A DNA stretch of 64,000 nucleotides, taken from contig URLV01000004.1 of assembly GCA_900548725.1 (NCBI GenBank), positions 162 to 64,161 on the forward strand. Reading direction: 5' to 3'. Positions 57,735 through 64,000 of the stretch are shown piece by piece (positions within the stretch are counted from its first letter, which is position 1; the number at the start of each line of letters is the position of its first letter). The position numbers were made by a program, and so were the translations under genes. Source of the DNA: an uncultured Mycoplasmatota bacterium (GTDB lineage Bacteria; Bacillota_I; Bacilli_A; RF39; UBA660). The notes below the pieces were generated by a model. The model had not been told where the DNA came from. It was given only the letters and a program-made list of their open reading frames with translations, and made no database searches.

Positions 57735-58625
57735 CTACATTTTTATTTTGTTTAACCACTCTATTCTAAACATCTGGTATTCATTATTAAATCTATCATA
57801 CAATCTTTTTAGCGTATCTAAATAAATATCAATTTTATCTAAAGTAAACACAATATCACTATCCTTACCATCTTCTAAAATAATTTTATCAAATACATCA
57901 AAATAAAATGTAGGATAAAGAAGTCTTGCATAAAGTAAATTGAACATTAAATCATTTAAATACATTCTATTAATTAAGGTAATTACATTATTAAAATCAA
58001 AATCATCACTTATAATATATGATTTAATATATTCACCAATATCTCTAACACTATAATCAATTATAAAATTAACCGGATTATAATAATCAATTAAATAACA
58101 AGGATACTTCACTCTATTATGTACTATACCAACATTATTCTCTAAATCCCCAAATTTTTCCATAGTCATATTAAAATATAATATAGCATTTTCAGCAAGT
58201 CCACTAAACATTCCAAAAGAATTTAAAACAGTTTGATACTTTATTCCAAGTTCTCTAATTTGTACTTCATAATAATCAAGTCTTTCACTCCATAAAGTAC
58301 CCCAATTAACACCATTTGAATTAACTGGATAATATTTAAATTCATCAAACTTTACTTCATATTTTAATATACCTTTTACTCTCAACAAAACATACTTTTT
58401 TTTATCTACATCAGTAAACAAATTTCCCTCTTTATTTAATATTATATTAAAACTTTCTATATTATTTTCAACAATATATTTATAAATATTTTCAACCAAA
58501 TTAACATCATTTAATACTAAATAAAACAAAAAAAGTTCATTATTAAAATAGAAAAAATAATTATTATCACTTTTATTTAATTCATCAACTAATATATCAT
58601 AATAATTATATAAAACATTTTTCAT
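57735..58625 (-). CDS. hypothetical protein (296 aa), possibly CotS/YutH-like
   Basis: Clean ORF. Family assignment is only a guess from neighbouring yut/yun-type genes. Confidence 0.5.
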   Translation of the reverse strand: MKNVLYNYYDILVDELNKSDNNYFFYFNNELFLFYLVLNDVNLVENIYKYIVENNIESFNIILNKEGNLFTDVDKKKYVLLRVKGILKYEVKFDEFKYYPVNSNGVNWGTLWSERLDYYEVQIRELGIKYQTVLNSFGMFSGLAENAILYFNMTMEKFGDLENNVGIVHNRVKYPCYLIDYYNPVNFIIDYSVRDIGEYIKSYIISDDFDFNNVITLINRMYLNDLMFNLLYARLLYPTFYFDVFDKIILEDGKDSDIVFTLDKIDIYLDTLKRLYDRFNNEYQMFRIEWLNKIKM

Positions 58626-58671
58626 ATTATCACTAATAAATTATATGAAAAAAACTAAGCTTTATACTTAG

Positions 58672-59730
58672 TTATCCTTGTAATATTTTTAAATCATCTA
58701 AAGTTCCATTATTATTAAATAAATTAGATGCAGTATTATCATTTACTTCACTTTCATTTTTTAACATATCATTTTCTTCTTTATATATATTAGCAAGTTC
58801 AGTAAATAATTTAATTTTTCTTTCATTCAATTCTATTTGTTTGTTTACATCCACTTTATTATTATTTGAAACTTCTTTTACATCATTATTTACAGGAACA
58901 TTATTTGTATTTAACGTTTCACTAGCATTATTAAATATATTTCCATTATCATTATTACCACTAAATACATTGTTATTATTTTGAACAGGAACATCTAATG
59001 GCTTATTTATATCTTCTTCTGATATATTAAATGGAGTACTTGGTTGGTCAAATATATTTGGTTCATTTGAAACTCTAAATCCACTATCTATACCACTGGC
59101 TGGTTTAACACTATTAATATTTAGTTCTGGTCCATTTCCATTTACACTTGGTATATCAGGTATAGGATTTGGATTAATAGGTTCAATTTTAGGAACTGAA
59201 TCTATAACAGGAACAACAGGTTCTGAACTAGTATTTAAATTAACTGGACTACCTTCCATATTAAAATTATTTTGTATATTCGGAATAGAACTAATTTGTA
59301 CAGGTCCACTTTGAGGTTGTTGAACTTGAGTTTGAATTTCTGGAGTTTCATTAAAACTTTGACTCAACAAATCTTTATTTGTCCCTCCACTAATTTCTGT
59401 AACTTTACTATATGCATTTTTAATTGCATCAATATTAGTATTATTTAACGCAATTGCTCTAGCTTCACCAGTTCTAATAGGATTAGAATAATTCAAAAAC
59501 TTAACAGTACTATTTCCCATTATAATTTGTTGCATATCCTTTTTTAATGAAGTCCACTCATCATCACTAATAGAGCCTACTTCGCTTGCAACATACATTT
59601 TAATTAAACCATCTTGCACTGTTTCATTTTTCGTATAAAACAAATAATTTTTACCTTTATTTCCAGTAAAGTAACATATTAAATTAACATTAGTATTCAT
59701 TCCATTTGATTCAATTATATTCACATTCAT
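58672..59730 (-). CDS. protein with DUF1292-like N-terminus, N/P-rich low-complexity middle and coiled-coil C-terminus
   Basis: Start at MNVNIIESNG.. after AGAGGGA. N-terminal ..YLFYTK....GLIKMYVA....SDDEW.. pattern. Family tentative. Confidence 0.55.
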   Translation of the reverse strand: MNVNIIESNGMNTNVNLICYFTGNKGKNYLFYTKNETVQDGLIKMYVASEVGSISDDEWTSLKKDMQQIIMGNSTVKFLNYSNPIRTGEARAIALNNTNIDAIKNAYSKVTEISGGTNKDLLSQSFNETPEIQTQVQQPQSGPVQISSIPNIQNNFNMEGSPVNLNTSSEPVVPVIDSVPKIEPINPNPIPDIPSVNGNGPELNINSVKPASGIDSGFRVSNEPNIFDQPSTPFNISEEDINKPLDVPVQNNNNVFSGNNDNGNIFNNASETLNTNNVPVNNDVKEVSNNNKVDVNKQIELNERKIKLFTELANIYKEENDMLKNESEVNDNTASNLFNNNGTLDDLKILQG

Positions 59731-59785
59731 CGATATCCCTCTTATTCTAAAATAATTGTAACATAAAACATTCAAAAAAAAAAGA

Positions 59786-60055
59786 CTAAATCTTTTTCAA
59801 AACAAAATATTTGCATTCATATGCACAATTATCTTTAATGTATTTATCTTTATTCTTTATTTTATTTAATTCTTTAGCTTCTTTTTTATTATCTTCATAA
59901 AATCCTTTTAATCTCAATTTACTATAAGCATAATCTCCTACAATGTAATCATATTTATAAAAGTAATCAGTAAAATATTCTTTAAACTCTTCTTCGTTAA
60001 AAGCATCTCTAAAGTTTTCAATTAAATCATATTTCTTATCATCTATTATAATCAT
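59786..60055 (-). CDS. yutD: YutD family protein (DUF1027)
   Basis: YDLIENFRDAFNEEEF..YDYIVGDYAYSKLRLKGFYED. Confidence 0.7.
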   Translation of the reverse strand: MIIIDDKKYDLIENFRDAFNEEEFKEYFTDYFYKYDYIVGDYAYSKLRLKGFYEDNKKEAKELNKIKNKDKYIKDNCAYECKYFVLKKI

Positions 60056-60056
60056 A

Positions 60057-60848
60057 TTAACCTCTCATAACATGTAATGCAATCATTATACCAATCATAA
60101 TTTCAGTAGTCATAATACTAAGTAACATCAATGTATCAACAAAACCATTCCCACTAGTAATTATTAAATTTTTTGGTATAAATTTCTTACTTCTTTTCTC
60201 TGTATCTTTTTCACTCTCAAGAATGCGATTATTAATATTCCTAACTTTCTCTTCACTCATACGTGACATATCATCTTTATCTATACCATATTTATCATAT
60301 ACACTACTACTTAACAAATCATTTCTAATTCTTTTAAATTTAATATTATTATTTAATAATACTTTTTTTCTACTCCAATACATAGGAACTATATTAATAT
60401 CTTTAGTAATTAAATTATGTAAAGTAGCAAAATTATTATTCTTAGGATCAAAATATTTATCAAAAAATTCTATTTCATTATCAGTAAACTTTATAATTTT
60501 ATTTCTATAAATAATCATATTAATTAAAACAATTTCTATTTTACTAGTTATATCAGTTTTACCAACGTTCTTCTCACTATTTAACCACTTAGAATAATCT
60601 CCCATTAAACTAATAAATTCATTCATTTCTTTTTCACTTAATCCATACATAATTAAGTTAGCTTTAAAACTATTAACATTATTAATTCTATAAGGATTTA
60701 ATATATTAATATCACCATATATTTTACATAAACATCTAATAATATATGTTTCAAATATATGTGCTTTATCATAATCCATGCCTTGTTTTATAAGTAAGTA
60801 ATTACTTATACCAGCATCAATACTATCATTAATAAAAATATTATTCAT
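60057..60848 (-). CDS. hypothetical protein with C-terminal TM (263 aa)
   Basis: Clean ORF, 1-nt gap to yutD. No motif recognised. Confidence 0.6.
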   Translation of the reverse strand: MNNIFINDSIDAGISNYLLIKQGMDYDKAHIFETYIIRCLCKIYGDINILNPYRINNVNSFKANLIMYGLSEKEMNEFISLMGDYSKWLNSEKNVGKTDITSKIEIVLINMIIYRNKIIKFTDNEIEFFDKYFDPKNNNFATLHNLITKDINIVPMYWSRKKVLLNNNIKFKRIRNDLLSSSVYDKYGIDKDDMSRMSEEKVRNINNRILESEKDTEKRSKKFIPKNLIITSGNGFVDTLMLLSIMTTEIMIGIMIALHVMRG

Positions 60849-60912
60849 AAGTAATCACCACCTACTATAAAAAGTATATCACTTTTACTATTCATATTCT
60901 ATATTAAAATAC

Positions 60913-61632
60913 TTACTTTACATCACTATTTACTAGGTTACTACTTTTATTTATTGTTCCACCTAGTACACTAGGAACTTCTCCATTAATTAATTTGCTA
61001 CTAATTAAAAATTTATATTTAACATTACTAAATCTATTTTTAGTAGGCATCTCTAAAACTTCCTCTACATCAATATTTATATATAATTTAATTAAAGAAT
61101 TATTAATACCATAATTTTCAACTACAACATCTACATAAGCATCTATATTTTCTAAAAAGCTTACCTTTACTGGAATCTTAGGACCTAATCCAGAAAACAA
61201 ACTATTCCCAAAACTTACACCAACTGGCATAAATATAATAATACCATTATCACCATTTATTATTTCTAAATTATGATAATTACTAATCTTACCCATTTCT
61301 AAATTCTTTACATTACTTTCTAAATCAACAATAATATTATTTAATAATTTATTACACATAACATTATCTATATCAACACTTACAATATTATTATTAACCA
61401 AATTAACTTTAATATAATCATTACTATCAACATTTAAATATTTTTTTATAGTATCATTCATATAATACTTAGTAATTTCATCTAATTTTAATTTTGTTAA
61501 AAAAGATACACTTTCTCCTAACTTCTTACCTAATGTATTAAAAATAATAATATCTATAAATATAACTATAATAATTACATACATAAATATATTTTTAAAT
61601 CTGATTTTTCTTATTTTATAAAAACGTTTCAT
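60913..61632 (-). CDS. yunB: sporulation protein YunB-like
   Basis: N-terminal TM. ..MPVGVSFGNSLFSGLGPKIPVKV....GINNSLIKLYI....INGEVPS matches the YunB pattern. Confidence 0.6.
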   Translation of the reverse strand: MKRFYKIRKIRFKNIFMYVIIIVIFIDIIIFNTLGKKLGESVSFLTKLKLDEITKYYMNDTIKKYLNVDSNDYIKVNLVNNNIVSVDIDNVMCNKLLNNIIVDLESNVKNLEMGKISNYHNLEIINGDNGIIIFMPVGVSFGNSLFSGLGPKIPVKVSFLENIDAYVDVVVENYGINNSLIKLYINIDVEEVLEMPTKNRFSNVKYKFLISSKLINGEVPSVLGGTINKSSNLVNSDVK

Positions 61633-61663
61633 AATATATTTTATGAAAAAAATAAGAACTATA

Positions 61664-62455
61664 TTAAAATAGTCCTAAATTAAAATACTTATTAACAAAT
61701 ATAACAGCAAGTATAATTAATATAATAACAAATACTATACCAACTACTTTAATTGCAATATTATTAGATTTTAAATCTTTCTCTAATTCTTTAAAATCAT
61801 CATATTTATCTTCTATACTTAAATCTTCTTCATCTAAATTATCTTCAGTTTTTGTACTAATTTCTTCTTTATCTAACTCCATAGTTTTATAAACAGTATT
61901 AGTATCATTATCACTTAAATCACTTAATAAATCTAATGCAGTTGTATTACCAGTACTATTTTTATTACTATTTTGTAGTTCTAAATTAGTAATAGTATTT
62001 ATTAAATTTACTATGTTTTCTTCATTATCTTCTAAAACTTCTTCTTCATCTTTTTCTTCTATATTTAATTTTTTTAATATATCATATTGTGTATCATGTA
62101 CTTTTTTTAATCTTTCTTTTTCATAATCTACGTTTTGTGTTTTTTTAGCTTTTTCTAATATAGCATTTATATCATATTCTTTAGTATCATATTTTTTATC
62201 TTCTATAATTTCTTCGTCTTGTTCTCTAAATTTTAAACTACGTTTTTCATATTCATCTCTATATCTTTTATCAAGCATATCTTTTACTTTATCTACATCT
62301 ACTCTACTTATATCTTCTCCAATAACAGTAGCATTGCTAGCAATATCAAATTTATCTATATCACGAGTTTTTATTTGTTCATATAAAGATTTATTTTTTT
62401 CTGCTCTACTCTTTAAGTTAGGAGTCTCAGCATATTTATCCATTCTTGAGTTCAT
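61664..62455 (-). CDS. acidic protein with C-terminal TM anchor (263 aa)
   Basis: ATG at 62455 after GGTGA. Highly charged, with a C-terminal hydrophobic helix. Confidence 0.6.
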   Translation of the reverse strand: MNSRMDKYAETPNLKSRAEKNKSLYEQIKTRDIDKFDIASNATVIGEDISRVDVDKVKDMLDKRYRDEYEKRSLKFREQDEEIIEDKKYDTKEYDINAILEKAKKTQNVDYEKERLKKVHDTQYDILKKLNIEEKDEEEVLEDNEENIVNLINTITNLELQNSNKNSTGNTTALDLLSDLSDNDTNTVYKTMELDKEEISTKTEDNLDEEDLSIEDKYDDFKELEKDLKSNNIAIKVVGIVFVIILIILAVIFVNKYFNLGLF

Positions 62456-62565
62456 ATAAATCACCTATCATGTTAATAATAACATAGTTTTAAACATTAT
62501 TCTACATTTTTTTAATTGATAATTATATTTTATTAGTATATAATAATTTTATTGGAGGAATTAAT

Positions 62566-62865
62566 ATGAGTAAAATAGTTTTTGATAAAGAAAGATGTAT
62601 AGGTTGTGGATATTGTTTTAGTATTGCACCAGAAAATTTTGAATGTAATGATGAAGGAAGAGCAAGTATGATTAGTGATAATGTTACTGATGAAGCAATT
62701 GAAGCAAGTGAAGGTTGTCCTGTTAGTGCAATTTTAATAGACAACTCATGTAATTGTGATGATTGTTCTTGTGAACATTGTGAATGTGGCAACGATTGTG
62801 ATTGTGAAGAAAACTGTAATTGTGATGAATCATGTAAATGCGGTTGCCAAGATAATGAAAATTAG
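62566..62865 (+). CDS. single-cluster ferredoxin with a Cys-rich C-terminal tail
   Basis: CIGCGYC....CP ferredoxin core followed by CNCDDCSCEHCECGNDCDCEENCNCDESCKCGC. Confidence 0.8.
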   Translation: MSKIVFDKERCIGCGYCFSIAPENFECNDEGRASMISDNVTDEAIEASEGCPVSAILIDNSCNCDDCSCEHCECGNDCDCEENCNCDESCKCGCQDNEN

Positions 62866-62919
62866 TTTAAGACTAATTTTTAATTTATAATAAATTATAA
62901 AAAGAAAGAAGTTAATATT

Positions 62920-63945
62920 ATGAATTATTTTGAAAACATAGATAAAAATATAATTGAATATTTCGATATATTAGAACCTAACTTTCCAGAATGGCTTAAC
63001 GATTATATAAATACAAAAGAATTATTAAAACAACAATATATTAGCGTAACATGTGGAACAATATATTCAGATTTATTTGAAAGTAACTTTTTCTTTTCTA
63101 GTTTAGATCACTCTATTGCAGTTGCTTTAATCATATGGCATTTTACACATGACAAAAAACAAACTTTGTCTGGATTATTTCATGACATTGCAACACCTGT
63201 TTTCAAACATTGCGTAGATTTTCTTAATGGAGACTATATAAAGCAAGAATCCACTGAAGATTTAACAAGCACCATAATCAAAAATTCTAATGAAATAACA
63301 AAATTATTAGAAAGGGACAATATTAAATTAAATGAAGTTGACGACTACCACATTTATCCTATAGCAGATAATGATACACCTCAACTTGCAGCAGATAGAT
63401 TAGAATATTCATTATCAAACGCATTATTTTCATACAAATTAGCAGATATAAACACTATTAGAGAAATATACAATAATATAAATATTCAAAAAAATGAAAA
63501 TAGAATAGACGAATTAGGATTTAAAAATGAAGAAATTGCTATGCATTTCATAAAATTGACAACTAAATTATCAATTAAATACAGAGAAGATAAAACTAGA
63601 TATTCTATGCAATTTATTGCTGATATATTAAAAGAATTAAATAAAGAAAATTTAATAAAAAAAGAAGATTTATATTCATTAAAAGAATCTGACATTATAA
63701 AAATAATAGAAAATTCAAAACTTAAAGACGTATTTGATAAATGGAGAAAATCCAAAAAAATATTAACTTCAAAAACAAAACCAGAAAATGTATACTATAT
63801 ACTGCAAGAATCTAAAGTAAGATACATTGATCCTCTTGTAAATAAAATTAGAATCTCAAAATTAAATAAAGAAGCAAACAAAGAAATACAAAAAAATCTA
63901 TCATATAAAATGCATAATTATGTATATCTAAATTTAAAATTTTAA
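62920..63945 (+). CDS. HD domain protein
   Basis: H...LFHDIATP HD motif. Hairpin plus T-run after the stop. Confidence 0.75.
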   Translation: MNYFENIDKNIIEYFDILEPNFPEWLNDYINTKELLKQQYISVTCGTIYSDLFESNFFFSSLDHSIAVALIIWHFTHDKKQTLSGLFHDIATPVFKHCVDFLNGDYIKQESTEDLTSTIIKNSNEITKLLERDNIKLNEVDDYHIYPIADNDTPQLAADRLEYSLSNALFSYKLADINTIREIYNNINIQKNENRIDELGFKNEEIAMHFIKLTTKLSIKYREDKTRYSMQFIADILKELNKENLIKKEDLYSLKESDIIKIIENSKLKDVFDKWRKSKKILTSKTKPENVYYILQESKVRYIDPLVNKIRISKLNKEANKEIQKNLSYKMHNYVYLNLKF

Positions 63946-64000
63946 TTATAACCACAAAAAAATCCAAACAGGATTTTTCCTAAATTGAAATTTGAACCGC

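Noticed and set aside
62523-62792. 89-aa minus-strand ORF opposite the ferredoxin gene, and 63486-63755 opposite the HD gene.
   Set aside because: The plus-strand genes have CxxCxxC..CP and HD motifs and SDs. The antisense ORFs do not.

Overview
Very AT-rich chromosomal window, standard code (TGA is a stop). It looks like a low-GC, endospore-forming Bacillota. Support for that: SpoIVFA/SpoIVFB-like pair, gpr, spoIID, yunB, a sporulation-type sigma factor, and an L27 pro-sequence with Prp. About 75 believable protein genes, most on the minus strand. There are 12 tRNAs (two single genes plus two divergent clusters of 6 and 4) and a type-B RNase P RNA. The backbone shows Bacillus-like synteny: spoIVFA/B-rplU-prp-rpmA, rimM-trmD, rodZ-pgsA-recA-rny, gpsB-rnpB, rpsO-pnp, tdk-tmk. 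I saw no CRISPR array, transposase, integrase or rRNA. The unusual part is a co-directional block at about 34.5-52.4 kb. It contains (i) a Tad-like operon (CpaB-TadA-TadB-TadC) with no Flp pilin, prepilin peptidase or TadZ, led by three envelope proteins I cannot place, one of them a 1003-aa Cys-rich protein. (ii) Directly upstream, separated by a terminator and a promoter, is a reduced type VIIb secretion locus: four WXG100-like genes, EssC and YukD, with no recognisable EssA, EssB or EsaA. (iii) Next come two proteins with WXG/LXG-like N-termini fused to cell-wall-hydrolase modules (M15 peptidase; LysM plus an unknown domain). (iv) A CPBP protease gene is transcribed divergently from them. 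Second main observation: four paralogous intergenic modules have type I toxin-antitoxin architecture. Each has a short hydrophobic peptide ORF with a sequestered SD, plus a convergent antisense transcription unit with its own promoter and terminator. Other points: a thioester-domain/Cna-B adhesin in the rimM-trmD operon, prepilin-type proteins scattered among housekeeping genes, a ferredoxin with a metallothionein-like Cys tail, a decayed DUF4143 ATPase gene, and an inverted tRNA-Pro 5' fragment. All calls come from reading motifs by eye. No database search was run, and start codons were adjusted only where a clear SD supports a downstream start.
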